Positions 17,044 to 26,715 of a stretch of 64,000 nt of DNA are shown here, in pieces (the stretch's first letter is position 1; each line of letters starts with the position of its first letter). This DNA is from an uncultured Bacteroidia bacterium (GTDB taxonomy: Bacteria; Bacteroidota; Bacteroidia; Bacteroidales; F082). Where the stretch lies: the NCBI GenBank assembly GCA_902771635.1, contig CACXXW010000002.1, positions 18,718-82,717 of the forward strand, written 5' to 3'. The notes under the pieces were generated by a model, which searched no databases, was not told the DNA's origin, and was given only the letters and a program-made list of their open reading frames with translations. Made by a program: the position numbers and the translations under genes.

Positions 17044-18050
17044 TTCAAGTTAGGGCTTAGTTTGCCTATGATTTGCTCTGGCGTAATGCCGTTCATGCAA
17101 GCGTAGTCGCCGCGGGAGCAAGCTTTGTTGCCATACACCGAGCAGGGTCGGCAGGGCAAATCCAACTGGATGCAATCTTCTGCTTTTTGGTTCCAGCCCA
17201 GGAAACCGGCGAAGGGATGCGTGCCGCCCCAAATGGAGACGACCCTCGTGCCCACCAACGATGCCAAATGCATGTTGGCGGAGTCCATGCTGAGCATCAC
17301 GTCCAATTGGCCCATCAGGGCAAGCTCGCCTCGCAAGCCTTGCTGGCTTTTGGCGGGCTGCACGTTGTTGTATTTGGTGCAAAGGCTTTCAATCTGCTGG
17401 CTTTCCTCTGTTCCGCCGCCGAAAAGAAAGACGCGTGTGTTTTCCCTTTCGCTCAAGGTCTTGATGACCTGCTCCATCTTCTCCAAAGGATAAACCTTGG
17501 CGGGATGCTTGGCAAAGGGCGCGATGCCCACCCAAGTCTCATTGTCTGCTTTTTGCGTCTCGCAAAAAGCTGAATAGTCGATCTTTACGAATTGTTGCTT
17601 TATCGGAAAACCTAACTGTTCCAACACCTTGGCATAACGCTCAAAGGAAGTGGCCTGCTGCACAAAAACCTTGTTTTTCTGTCGCGTCAAGGCCTTTTTG
17701 CCTTTGCGTCCCTTGTCGATTTTGGCGACTTTTTTTCGGCGCAGACAGCCCTCGCTGCGCAGCCACCAGGTACGCAATACATCGTGGAAATCAGCAATGT
17801 AGTCGAAGTCGCTCAGATGGGCATCGCGCCAAAGTCGGCAGAGCCCGAGCAAGCCTTTGTGACGACCTTTCAAATCGGCGGCAATGAAATGCACATTCTT
17901 GGGCATTCGCTCAAACAAGGGTCGCGCCATCTCGCGGCTGAGCATGGTGATGTCCAACTCGGGATATTGCATAGCCAAGTCGTGTAAAACGGGCACGGTC
18001 ATAGCGATGTCGCCCAAGGCAGAGAATCGTATGACGAGGAGCTTTTTCAT
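17040..18050 (-). CDS. Glycosyltransferase family 9 (LPS heptosyltransferase-like)
   Basis: MKKLLVIRFSALGDIAMTVPVL N-terminus and C-terminal DSANMHLAS...GGTHP motif. Confidence 0.8.
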   Translation of the reverse strand: MKKLLVIRFSALGDIAMTVPVLHDLAMQYPELDITMLSREMARPLFERMPKNVHFIAADLKGRHKGLLGLCRLWRDAHLSDFDYIADFHDVLRTWWLRSEGCLRRKKVAKIDKGRKGKKALTRQKNKVFVQQATSFERYAKVLEQLGFPIKQQFVKIDYSAFCETQKADNETWVGIAPFAKHPAKVYPLEKMEQVIKTLSERENTRVFLFGGGTEESQQIESLCTKYNNVQPAKSQQGLRGELALMGQLDVMLSMDSANMHLASLVGTRVVSIWGGTHPFAGFLGWNQKAEDCIQLDLPCRPCSVYGNKACSRGDYACMNGITPEQIIGKLSPNLK

Positions 18051-18066
18051 GCTGTTTTTTGTTTAG

Positions 18067-18176
18067 CTTTGCCGTGCATGTCATTCCAAGTAGTGCCTCC
18101 TATAGATTCCATTCGCACATGCCTCTGCAAGGAATGACATAGGAGGCAGGTAAGGTGGAATCTATGCACGGCAAGG
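18067..18176. repeat. Palindromic intergenic element, family 2
   Basis: ttgccgtgcat/atgcacggcaa outer arms. Inner modules catgtcattcc, ggaatgacat, agattcca and ggaatctatgc are shared with 40658-40777. Confidence 0.75.
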
Positions 18177-18189
18177 ACGGTTTTATTCA

Positions 18190-18804
18190 TTATGGTTTCT
18201 GCCCGTAAAGCACAGGGTTCAATGCGGGGTCGTTATACATCTTCATCTGCTTGTAGACCTTCATGACCTTTTCACCTTTTTTGTAGCATTCCATCAGCTG
18301 GTCGATGGCGGTGCAGAGGTCGGTGTTTTGTTCCAAAAGCACGTCTAATTTGGCCTGGCATTTGGCCTTGTGCTCCTCGCTGACATCGTTTCGCTCCACT
18401 TCGGCTTTCATGTGGTGGATCTTCAGTTGCAGGATGGAAAGCCGGTCGATGGCCCAGGCGGGACTCTCCGTGTTGAGCGTAGCATTAGGCTGTGGCTCAA
18501 CGCGTTGGAATAGCATAAGGTAATAACCATCAATCATCTCCACGATGTCGGTGCGGTCTTGGTTCGACTTGTCGATGCGACGCTTCAAGGCCAGGGCCTC
18601 CACGGGGTCGATGTTCGGGTCGCGGATGAGGTCTTCCAAATGCCACTGCACCGTGTCGATCCACACCTTATTATAAAGGTACCATTCGATGGTCAGCTTT
18701 TCATACGGGTTTTCGCAAGGATGGTCCACATCGTCAAACTTGTGATAATCTTCGATGGCTTGGTTGAAGATGGGGAGGATGGGTTCGGTGGAGAGGATGA
18801 TCAT
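18190..18804 (-). CDS. DUF4254-like protein
   Basis: 204 aa with WHLEDLIRDP...KRRIDKSNQDR. Assignment rests on remembered family features and its usual position beside GT9 genes. Confidence 0.45.
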   Translation of the reverse strand: MIILSTEPILPIFNQAIEDYHKFDDVDHPCENPYEKLTIEWYLYNKVWIDTVQWHLEDLIRDPNIDPVEALALKRRIDKSNQDRTDIVEMIDGYYLMLFQRVEPQPNATLNTESPAWAIDRLSILQLKIHHMKAEVERNDVSEEHKAKCQAKLDVLLEQNTDLCTAIDQLMECYKKGEKVMKVYKQMKMYNDPALNPVLYGQKP

Positions 18805-18834
18805 AATGTGTATGTTTCAATGTTTCTTAAAAAG

Positions 18835-18902
18835 GACGGGCCTTCGACAGGCTCAGGCACCTGCAAAAAAGCGAAGGTCCCTGAGCCCGTCGAAGGGCCG
18901 AC
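18835..18902. repeat. REP-like element family 1, inverted pair forming a hairpin
   Basis: cgggccttcgacaggctcaggcacc ... ggtccctgagcccgtcgaagggccg, immediately downstream of the aminotransferase stop. Confidence 0.8.
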
Positions 18903-18907
18903 TTGAT

Positions 18908-20116
18908 TTAATGCAGCTTGGTAAGAGCGGCCTTGATGCGCTTCACAGCCTCGATGAGCTTGTCCTCGCTCGTGGCATACGACAGACGGATGCAGTCGTC
19001 GTTGCCAAAGGCATTGCCAGCCACGCAAGCTACGTGAGCGTTGTAGAGCAACCACATGCAGAGGTCGTCGCTGCCCTTGATGACGGTCTCGCCGTCAGTC
19101 TTGCCGTAGAACGACTTCATCTCGGGGAAGACATAGAAAGCGCCGGCGGGTGTGTTGCATTTCACGCCAGGGATTTCGTTCAGCAGCTTCACGAAGGTGT
19201 CGCGGCGGTGACGGAAGGCCTTCAACATCTCTTGGATTTCCGTTGAATTATCGGGGCTGAGTTCCATGGCCTTGGCAGCGGCGGCTTGTGCGATGGTGCA
19301 GATACCGGAGGTGATTTGGCCTTGGATCTTGTTGGTGGCCTTCACGATGGCTTGCGGAGCGGCGATGTAGCCGATGCGCCAGCCCGTCATGGCATAACCT
19401 TTGGCCACGCCGTTGACGAGGACGAGACGGTCCTTCAAGAAGTCGAACTGTCCCATGCTCTCGTGCTTTTGCTCGTATTGGATGAACTCGTAAATCTCAT
19501 CGGAGATGATGATGATGTTCGGATATTTCTTCAGCACCTCGGCGATGGCAGTCAGCTCAGCCTTGGTGAACACGCTACCGCTGGGGTTGCAAGGCGTGTT
19601 GATCATGAACACCTTAGTCTTGGGCGTGATGGCCTTTTCGAGTTGCTCAGCGGTAATCTTGAAGTCGTGGGCGATGTCGCTCTTGACGATGACGGGCACG
19701 CCGCCAGCCAGCTTCACCATCTCGGGGTAGGAGACCCAGAACGGGGCGGGGATGATGACTTCGTCGCCGTCGTTGACGACAGCCAAAAGCACGTTGTTGA
19801 TGGCTTGCTTGGCGCCGTTCGAAACCAGCACGTCGGTCTCTTTGTAGTCGAGGCCGTTGTCGCGTTTCAGCTTGTTGGCGATGGCCTTGCGCAGTGCGGG
19901 CGTGCCAGGAACGGGCGGATAGTGCGTGTCGTTGCCGTTGATGGCATCGATACCGGCTTGCTTTGCCGATTCGGGTGTGTTGAAGTCGGGTTCGCCGATG
20001 CTCAGGCTGATGACGTCGATGCCTTGGGCTTTCAGCTCACGGCTCTTGTTGGTCATGGCCAAGGTAGCTGACTCAGCCATGTTCAAAACTCTGTTGGAAA
20101 GGATGATTTCGCTCAT
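18908..20116 (-). CDS. aspC: Class I PLP-dependent (aspartate) aminotransferase
   Basis: SIGEPDFNTPE, NPCNPSG and the conserved Lys region VNGVAKGYAMTGWRIGY. Confidence 0.85.
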   Translation of the reverse strand: MSEIILSNRVLNMAESATLAMTNKSRELKAQGIDVISLSIGEPDFNTPESAKQAGIDAINGNDTHYPPVPGTPALRKAIANKLKRDNGLDYKETDVLVSNGAKQAINNVLLAVVNDGDEVIIPAPFWVSYPEMVKLAGGVPVIVKSDIAHDFKITAEQLEKAITPKTKVFMINTPCNPSGSVFTKAELTAIAEVLKKYPNIIIISDEIYEFIQYEQKHESMGQFDFLKDRLVLVNGVAKGYAMTGWRIGYIAAPQAIVKATNKIQGQITSGICTIAQAAAAKAMELSPDNSTEIQEMLKAFRHRRDTFVKLLNEIPGVKCNTPAGAFYVFPEMKSFYGKTDGETVIKGSDDLCMWLLYNAHVACVAGNAFGNDDCIRLSYATSEDKLIEAVKRIKAALTKLH

Positions 20117-20281
20117 GATATGTTTAAGTGTTGATTGTTTATTTAACTTCGTTGAAATGATAATTCGGCGTTAGCCAATCTTCGATTTGTTTAATCGATG
20201 TTTTGACGCGGGACTTCGGGACTCCGGGACTCCGATTCGATTCATGTCTCGCAGTCTCTAAGTCCCGCGTCTTTGGAAGGG

Positions 20282-20289
20282 CAAAGGTA
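20282..20289 (-). promoter_or_regulatory. -7 box TACCTTTG, candidate aspC promoter giving a ~160-nt leader
   Basis: Forward caaaggta. The only TAnnTTTG box found on this strand between 20117 and 20391. Confidence 0.35.
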
Positions 20290-20371
20290 GGCCTTTTTTT
20301 AATAGGTAGGGCAGAATTGCTAAATTTTATTCTTTTCATGCAAAGAAACCGTTGCGTAATACTTTTTTTTC

Positions 20372-20379
20372 TATTTTTG
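20372..20379 (+). promoter_or_regulatory. -7 box TATTTTTG
   Basis: Lies 43 nt upstream of the ATG at 20422. Confidence 0.4.
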
Positions 20380-20421
20380 CAGTTTGATTGAATGAATTGT
20401 ATAATTAAAAAAATAAGAATT

Positions 20422-21048
20422 ATGCGTAAAAACGTTATGAAACTCTTTATGGCCGCCCTCCTGATCGTTGCGGCAGTGCCATTTGTGAATGCTCAAGTGC
20501 AAGTGGGCGACATTCTTTGTGAAGGCGACCGTGTGGTCAGTCCGTCAGATTATGATGCAGCCAACGACGCGGCCATTGGCGTTGTGTTTTATGTGGACGG
20601 AACAGGTCAGCACGGATGGGCAGTGTCATTGGATAACGTGGGCCAATGCTCTTGGGGAAACTATGATGAAGACACCAAATTGGACAATGTGACAAGCAAT
20701 TTCAGAGCTGCTCGCGACATGGATGGTAAAGCCCATACTGAGACCATTCTTGAGGAAAATGCAGGCTATCCGGCTTTCGAGCTTATGGATTTCGAAAACG
20801 GCTGGTATCTTCCTGCAGTTGGCCAAATGAAATACCTCTATGCCAGCTTTGACGAAGTGAATAAAACGCTTGAGAAAGTTGGTGGCACGATTTTCGAGCG
20901 CAATGGATATACCTATTGGTCTTCCACAGAGCACGATTCTGATGATGCATGGTACATGTGCTCAATCGGCGGATTTGGAAACACCTCCGACAGTTTCAAC
21001 GACTGCAAGACGTCTTCCAGATACGTCAGGAGTGTGAAAGATTTCTAA
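20422..21048 (+). CDS. Secreted DUF1566 (Lcl C-terminal domain)-like protein
   Basis: Signal peptide, then GWYLPAVGQMKYLY and YWSSTEHDSDDAWYM motifs. Confidence 0.55.
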   Translation: MRKNVMKLFMAALLIVAAVPFVNAQVQVGDILCEGDRVVSPSDYDAANDAAIGVVFYVDGTGQHGWAVSLDNVGQCSWGNYDEDTKLDNVTSNFRAARDMDGKAHTETILEENAGYPAFELMDFENGWYLPAVGQMKYLYASFDEVNKTLEKVGGTIFERNGYTYWSSTEHDSDDAWYMCSIGGFGNTSDSFNDCKTSSRYVRSVKDF

Positions 21049-21200
21049 ATTTTGCATCTCCATTGCCTTAGTAAGGCGTAAGATAAACGTCATTACGAAC
21101 GCTCAGCATGTGTTTTTGATTTCTGCGTATGTATTGCGTGGAAAAAGGATTTCATAAACATGTGCTGAGTGTTTTTTCCACTATAACTGGATTTCAAAAC

Positions 21201-21719
21201 ATGAACACCTGGATAATCTATTCATTGATGGGCGCTGGCCTTTTGCTGATGGTCGCTGCCATGATTCTTTTGTCTCGACTGATTAGGATGAAAGACGCTG
21301 AACTCCGCAATGGAAGCAAGATGGAACTGAAGGTGCAAGCCTTGAAAATCATTATGCCACTGAAAGTGCAGGCGTATGAGCGTTTTCTGCTCTATCTCGA
21401 AAGGGTTCAATTGCCCCAGTTGGTGAAGCGTGTCTATACGCCTGGCATGGAGAAGGGTGCGTTCCATCTCCAATTGCTGCAAAACGTCCGCGAGGAGTTT
21501 GAGCACAACCTCGCCCAGCAGTTGTATGTTTCCACCTCAACTTGGAACGCTGTGGTGAATGCTAAGGAAGAACTCGTCAACCAAATCAATACGACTTTTG
21601 AGCAACTGAAGGATGAGGAGGATGTCTCCATTTTGGCGCAGAGCCTCGTGGCCTTGCCCAATCCTATGGTGGAGCAGGCTGTAGCCATCTTGAAGCGTGA
21701 TTTTGAACGGTTGCTGTAA
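21201..21719 (+). CDS. Membrane-anchored hypothetical protein
   Basis: Start at MNTWIIYSLMGAGLLLMVAAMILL (single N-terminal TM). The rest is predicted helical, with no known motif. Confidence 0.5.
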   Translation: MNTWIIYSLMGAGLLLMVAAMILLSRLIRMKDAELRNGSKMELKVQALKIIMPLKVQAYERFLLYLERVQLPQLVKRVYTPGMEKGAFHLQLLQNVREEFEHNLAQQLYVSTSTWNAVVNAKEELVNQINTTFEQLKDEEDVSILAQSLVALPNPMVEQAVAILKRDFERLL

Positions 21720-21731
21720 AACACTAAAACA

Positions 21732-22772
21732 ATGAAATTCACCGCTACTCAAATCGCTGGAATCCTTGAAGGCAAGGTGGAAGGCAACCCGAATGCCGAA
21801 GTCTGGAACGTGGCCAAAATCGAAGAAGGCGCCCCGGGCATGATCAGCTTTTTGGCGAATCCTAAATACACGCACTATATCTATGAGACCCAATCGTCCA
21901 TCGTCATTGTGAACGACAATTTTGAGGCCACGGCACCCATCAACGCCACTTTGATTCGTGTCCCCGATGCCTACGCTTCGTTTGCCAAATTGCTGGCCTT
22001 TTACGATCAGATGACCCAAAACAAGCAGGGTAGTTCATCGCTGGCTTTTGTCTCATCTTCGGCGCAATGTGGCGAGAATGTCTATCTCGGTGAATTCGCC
22101 TTCGTGGGCGAAAATGCCAAAATCGGCAACAATGTGAAGCTTTATCCTCAGGTGTATGTCGGCGACGGCTGCGTCATTGGCGACAATACGGTTTTGTATC
22201 CTGGTGTCAAGCTGTACCGTAATACGGTCATTGGCAAGAATTGTATCCTCCATGCAGGTGCGGTACTCGGTGCCGACGGCTTTGGTTTCGCTCCTCAGCC
22301 TGACGGCCATTATGAGAAAATCCCGCAGGTAGGAAATGTAGTCGTTGAGGACAATGTGGAAATCGGTGCCAATACCACCATCGACCGTTCTACCATGGGC
22401 TCGACGCGTGTAGGCAAAGGTGTGAAATTGGACAATCTAATCCATCTTGCACATAATGTGGAGATCGGAGAAAACTCCGCTTTGGCGGCTCAGGTGGGCG
22501 TCAGCGGCTCGACGCATCTCGGAAAGAATTGTGTTGTTGGTGGCCAGTCGGGTTTTGTGGGACATATCAACATTGCCGACGGCTCAAAGTTTGGCGGACA
22601 GAGCGGCATCATGGGCAGCATCAAGGAGGAAAACAAGGAGTTTATGGGCACGCCGATACAGCCGTTGAGGCAGTATCTGGTCTCCAATGCCCGATTCCGC
22701 CATATTGACGAAATGGCCCGCAAATTGGATGCCCTTGAAAAGGAATTGGCCGAATTGAAAAAACAATCCTAA
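21732..22772 (+). CDS. lpxD: UDP-3-O-acylglucosamine N-acyltransferase
   Basis: [20 protein letters not shown]-terminus, hexapeptide repeats, and a C-terminal coiled tail. Confidence 0.9.
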   Translation: MKFTATQIAGILEGKVEGNPNAEVWNVAKIEEGAPGMISFLANPKYTHYIYETQSSIVIVNDNFEATAPINATLIRVPDAYASFAKLLAFYDQMTQNKQGSSSLAFVSSSAQCGENVYLGEFAFVGENAKIGNNVKLYPQVYVGDGCVIGDNTVLYPGVKLYRNTVIGKNCILHAGAVLGADGFGFAPQPDGHYEKIPQVGNVVVEDNVEIGANTTIDRSTMGSTRVGKGVKLDNLIHLAHNVEIGENSALAAQVGVSGSTHLGKNCVVGGQSGFVGHINIADGSKFGGQSGIMGSIKEENKEFMGTPIQPLRQYLVSNARFRHIDEMARKLDALEKELAELKKQS

Positions 22773-22779
22773 ACCTGTA

Positions 22780-22801
22780 GAGACGTAGCGTGCTACGTCT
22801 C
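22780..22801. terminator. Hairpin gagacgtagc/gctacgtctc between convergent lpxD and ydcF-like genes
   Basis: A 10-bp perfect stem with a 2-nt loop. Shares the tgtagagacg motif with the hairpin at 9818. Confidence 0.5.
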
Positions 22802-22811
22802 CAAAGATAAT

Positions 22812-23498
22812 TCAGATCCAACCTTTTATCTTATAGTATGCCAGCGCGAAATATTCCCTCGCGCAGGTAATCTCCAGTTTCAAGTAATTGAAAAAGGTGT
22901 AGCGCATCTTGACGCTTTCAATGGATGGAATCGCTTCGTTTCCACCGAGTTTCCGTTTCTTCAACGACAGGTCGAAATCGACAGTGGCGGGATAAGCCGC
23001 TTTCCCGATGACGTTTTGGAATCCTGCCTTGTTGAGGCATTTCACCGTGCGCCTGACATGCTCGGGTGAGGTGATGACAATGAAAGGCTCTTCAGCCAGT
23101 TCTGGATAGTTCGCCATGAGTCCCAATGCCTGTGAGCGTGTATTGGCTCCTTCGGTCATATATAGGATGCTATCAACGCCATCTTGGCGCAGAAGTCGGG
23201 TCATTTCAGCTTGGCAGAGGGAATCTTCAGGATGCACCAAAATGACTGGGATTTCAAAATGCTTGGACAATGCTGCCGTGTGGTAAAGCCGTATAAGGTT
23301 GTCTTCGGAGGGCATTCCCGCTCCGCCGAACATCACAATGTGTCGGGGCTGCACAAGCGTATCGCTCTCGTTTGGGTTCTGCCCCAAACGGTAATAAGCG
23401 TAAAATGGCACGGAGGTGAAAGCTAAAACTAACATCACGAAAAACAGTGCTCCGAGAGTAAAAAAAGTAATTTTTATTATTCTTCCTAAGTGCTTCAT
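22812..23498 (-). CDS. YdcF/ElyC (DUF218) family protein
   Basis: N-terminal TM, IVMFGGAG, ANTRSQA and ITSPEHVRR motifs. Confidence 0.7.
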   Translation of the reverse strand: MKHLGRIIKITFFTLGALFFVMLVLAFTSVPFYAYYRLGQNPNESDTLVQPRHIVMFGGAGMPSEDNLIRLYHTAALSKHFEIPVILVHPEDSLCQAEMTRLLRQDGVDSILYMTEGANTRSQALGLMANYPELAEEPFIVITSPEHVRRTVKCLNKAGFQNVIGKAAYPATVDFDLSLKKRKLGGNEAIPSIESVKMRYTFFNYLKLEITCAREYFALAYYKIKGWI

Positions 23499-23577
23499 TG
23501 TGCGTGTGTTCTGTTTAAAATGCTTCCTAAAAGTGTGTAAAGATACGGTTTTTTTTGGCGCTTGTAGAATAATTTCC

Positions 23578-23585
23578 TATTTTTG
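23578..23585 (+). promoter_or_regulatory. -7 box TATTTTTG for lpxC-lpxA
   Basis: Lies 40 nt upstream of the ATG at 23625. Confidence 0.45.
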
Positions 23586-23624
23586 CCCGTTTTTTGTGGG
23601 AATGTTCCACACAACTTCGTTTTT

Positions 23625-24539
23625 ATGCAAGATAAACAATGTACGCTCAAAAAAAGAGTCAGTGTTAAAGGGGCAGGCCTCCACACGCGTCAGTGCGGCA
23701 CCCTCACCTTCAATCCGGCTCCTATAAATTCTGGAATTCGCTTTCGTAGAATTGATATAGAAACCCAACCCATTATTGAGGCTGATGTCGACAATGTGAT
23801 TGATACGGCTCGCGGTACGACCCTCGGCAAGGGCGGTGTGAAGATTTACACCGTTGAGCATGTCTTGGCTGCCTTGCGTGGCATGGGTATCGATAATGTG
23901 CTGATTGACATCGATGTTGAAGAGACTCCCATCATGGATGGTAGCGCCAAATTCTTCGTTGAGGCTATCCATCAGGCGGGTATCGTTGAGCAGAATGCCC
24001 CTCGCAATTATCTTGTCATCGAAGAGCCGATTTCCTATAAGAATGAAGTTTTGGGCATTGAATTGAAGATTGAGCCGGCCGATTCTTTCCAAATCGATGT
24101 AAAGGTGAAATACAATACCAGGGTGCTTGACGAGCAACATGCTTCCTTGCACGATCTGAAGAACTTCGAAAGCGAGATTGCACCTTGCCGTACTTTTGTT
24201 TTCCTGCATGAGTTGGAAACCCTTATCAGCCGTAACCTCATCAAGGGAGGCGACTTGACTAATGCTATTGTGTTTGTCAACCGCAATGTCTCTTCCGAAG
24301 AGCTTGACCATATTGCCGCTTTCTTTAAGAAACCGAAAGTCACGGTCAAGGAATGTGGTATTTTGAACAACGTGGAACTGTATTTCGACAACGAGCCCGC
24401 CCGTCACAAACTGTTGGATGTCATCGGCGATCTCACACTGGTTGGCCGTCCCATCAAGGGCAAGGTGACAGCTGTAAAGCCAGGTCACTTTTCCAACACC
24501 TCTTTCGCAAGGAAGATTAAACACACCTTATTATATTAA
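23625..24539 (+). CDS. lpxC: UDP-3-O-acyl-GlcNAc deacetylase, stand-alone (no FabZ fusion)
   Basis: MQDKQCTLKKRVSVKGAGLHTRQCGTLTFNPAPINSGIRFRRIDI aligns with the E. coli LpxC N-terminus, and HKLLDVIGDL is present. Stop lies 2 nt before the lpxA ATG. Confidence 0.85.
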   Translation: MQDKQCTLKKRVSVKGAGLHTRQCGTLTFNPAPINSGIRFRRIDIETQPIIEADVDNVIDTARGTTLGKGGVKIYTVEHVLAALRGMGIDNVLIDIDVEETPIMDGSAKFFVEAIHQAGIVEQNAPRNYLVIEEPISYKNEVLGIELKIEPADSFQIDVKVKYNTRVLDEQHASLHDLKNFESEIAPCRTFVFLHELETLISRNLIKGGDLTNAIVFVNRNVSSEELDHIAAFFKKPKVTVKECGILNNVELYFDNEPARHKLLDVIGDLTLVGRPIKGKVTAVKPGHFSNTSFARKIKHTLLY

Positions 24540-24541
24540 GC

Positions 24542-25333
24542 ATGAACCAGCCCTTAGCCTATATTCACCCGAATGCCCGCATTGCTGAAGATGTGAAGAT
24601 AGAGGCTTTCGCATGGATTGGCGAAGATGTTGAGATTGGCAGCGGTACTTGGATTGGCCCCAATGCTGTCATCATGGATGGCGCACGTATTGGTAAGAAC
24701 TGTAAGATTTTTCCTGGTGCTGTGATTTCGGCCATTCCCCAAGACTTGAAATACAAAGGCGAGACCACCTATTGCTATATCGGTGATGGCACTACGGTGC
24801 GCGAGTCGGCGACAGTGAATAAAGGCACGATAGCATCGGGCAAAACTGTGGTGGGTAAGGACTGCCTGCTGATGGCCTTTACCCATGTGGCGCACGATTG
24901 CTTCCTTGGTGACCATGTCATTTTGGCCAATGCAGCCACATTGGCTGGCCACATCACCGTCGACGATTGGGCTATATTCGGAGGACTTGCTGCAGTAAGC
25001 CAGTTTTGCCGTATTGGTGCCCATGTGATGATCTCAGGCGGCGCCTTGGTCAACAAGGACATTCCTCCTTTCGTGAAGACAGGTCCAGGTTATCCAGTGT
25101 GTTATGCGGGTGTCAATTCCATCGGCCTGATGCGCCGCGGTTTCTCGCGTGAGCGTATCAATGCCATCCAAGATGTGTATCGCGTGGTTTATAGCGTTGG
25201 AATGAATGTCACCCAGTCGGTGCAATACATCCGCGAGAACCTTCCTGTTTCGGAAGACCGCGATTTCATCCTCGGTTTCGTGGAGAGTTCCAAGATTGGC
25301 ATTATGAAGAATGCTGTTGGGAACGAGGAATAA
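24542..25333 (+). CDS. lpxA: Acyl-ACP--UDP-GlcNAc O-acyltransferase
   Basis: Hexapeptide repeats followed by the C-terminal helical domain (NSIGLMRRGFSRERINAIQDVYR). Confidence 0.9.
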   Translation: MNQPLAYIHPNARIAEDVKIEAFAWIGEDVEIGSGTWIGPNAVIMDGARIGKNCKIFPGAVISAIPQDLKYKGETTYCYIGDGTTVRESATVNKGTIASGKTVVGKDCLLMAFTHVAHDCFLGDHVILANAATLAGHITVDDWAIFGGLAAVSQFCRIGAHVMISGGALVNKDIPPFVKTGPGYPVCYAGVNSIGLMRRGFSRERINAIQDVYRVVYSVGMNVTQSVQYIRENLPVSEDRDFILGFVESSKIGIMKNAVGNEE

Positions 25334-25351
25334 CCTTTTGGTTTACATAAT

Positions 25352-25386
25352 AAAAAACCGCTGTCAAGTTGGGCAGCGGTTTTTTG
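25352..25386. terminator. Bidirectional hairpin terminator
   Basis: aaaaaaccgctg ... cagcggttttttg between convergent lpxA and the serpin gene. Confidence 0.7.
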
Positions 25387-25405
25387 TTTTGTCGTTGTTT
25401 GGGAC

Positions 25406-26629
25406 TTATTTCCCTGTGTATTTTCCGATGAAAAAGATGGCTCCCGTCGACTTTTCGCTAATGGCATAAAGAAAGGTGCGGTCAGCATGGAAAACGGCAT
25501 AGGGCAGTTCTGGCTCTTCTTCAACAGAAGTGGTGTTCATACCTGTTACCGTAACTGCAGCAGCCTCAGTGCCTTCTTCGTCCAATTTGATTTTGGCCAC
25601 TTGTTTCATGAGTTCGATATAAGTGGGGGCGTTGCAGAAATCATCAAAATGGGCTTGGTTGGGGTCAAAAGCAGTCGGCATACCTAGTCTTGACATGATT
25701 TCTACTAGATTCAAGTCCGTGTTGGTCTCGAAACGTGGAAGTTTCACGTCGACGATGTGGGTGTACATCTGATGGAGGTTGTTGTTCCAGCTTTGTCCGT
25801 TCAACTGATTGAGGATGTCGTCAGTGGTCTTGCCTTCGTGAGGCAACATGACGGTCATGTAATAGGCACCGTTACCGTAGGGCAGGTTGAGTGATTGGTA
25901 TGTGTCGTTGTCAGTATAAGAAAGTTCGCATTCCTGGTGCATCATCGGCACTTTTTCTCCCTTGTTGAAAGGCTCGTTTTGGGTCTCGCTCTTGTTGAAT
26001 TTCATGCTCCATTCTCCTTTGAAATAGATGGCGTTGAGCAGATAACTCACCGCTTCGGGATCGAATTCGTTTTCCTCAAGGGCTTTCTTGATCATTTGTT
26101 CGGTGTGGTCGCTGGCCCATTGGTTGATGGCATCGAGCGTGCGCCCGTCTTTGAAGTCGCGCGATTCGGGCTTGGCATCGTAATAGGTGTTGGCATTCTC
26201 GACAAAAGATGGTTTCAGTACATAGCCTAGGCCGCTGTTGACAAAGATGGTGTTGGCAATCATCACTTTTGTCATTTTGTCGAGGGTAGGGGCTTGGGAC
26301 AGCATCTTTTTGCAGAAGTCGTTGATGGCATCGGTGCCCGCGTCACCAAAACCAAGCACGGTATTGATTTCTTGTTGGGTTTGGCCAGTAGCTCCATTGT
26401 TGAGCATTCCCAAAGCGTAGGTGATGCTCAGTGGCGAAATGATTTGGCTCCCCTCGTTTTGCGCATTGCGGAAAAGGTTGAAGGCGAAGTCGTTGTTGTC
26501 GCTGACCAATTGTCTCTCGGTATTGGTCAATTGGATGTCAGCTCTTGGGTTGTCGTTAGGCTTGGGCTCTTTCTTGCAGCCCGTCATGGCCACCATAAAG
26601 GCGATGGCAATCAATGCAATCTTTTTCAT
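25406..26629 (-). CDS. Serpin-family protease inhibitor, lipoprotein
   Basis: Start at MKKIALIAIAFMVAMTGC (lipobox). Reactive-centre-loop hinge EEGTEAAAVT and C-terminal FHADRTFLYAI...FFIGKY. Confidence 0.85.
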   Translation of the reverse strand: MKKIALIAIAFMVAMTGCKKEPKPNDNPRADIQLTNTERQLVSDNNDFAFNLFRNAQNEGSQIISPLSITYALGMLNNGATGQTQQEINTVLGFGDAGTDAINDFCKKMLSQAPTLDKMTKVMIANTIFVNSGLGYVLKPSFVENANTYYDAKPESRDFKDGRTLDAINQWASDHTEQMIKKALEENEFDPEAVSYLLNAIYFKGEWSMKFNKSETQNEPFNKGEKVPMMHQECELSYTDNDTYQSLNLPYGNGAYYMTVMLPHEGKTTDDILNQLNGQSWNNNLHQMYTHIVDVKLPRFETNTDLNLVEIMSRLGMPTAFDPNQAHFDDFCNAPTYIELMKQVAKIKLDEEGTEAAAVTVTGMNTTSVEEEPELPYAVFHADRTFLYAISEKSTGAIFFIGKYTGK

Positions 26630-26715
26630 TGGATTGAACTTTAGAGGATAATACGATAATGCTGTTTGCTGTATTAACAACAAAAATGGAATATTATTGT
26701 GTGAAGTGGATTTTT

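Noticed and set aside
20203-20272. Short tandem gggact(t/c)c units as a phase-variable simple-sequence tract
   Set aside because: There are only three imperfect units, embedded in one arm of a hairpin in a 5' leader. That is too short and irregular for slipped-strand switching.
23577-24524. 315-aa minus-strand ORF opposite lpxC
   Set aside because: It is a shadow ORF; the + frame has unmistakable LpxC motifs. Similar long antisense ORFs were rejected for the same reason: 727-1191, 19286-20071, 29872-30456, 32001-32777, 37605-38429, 45744-46355 and 57634-58203.
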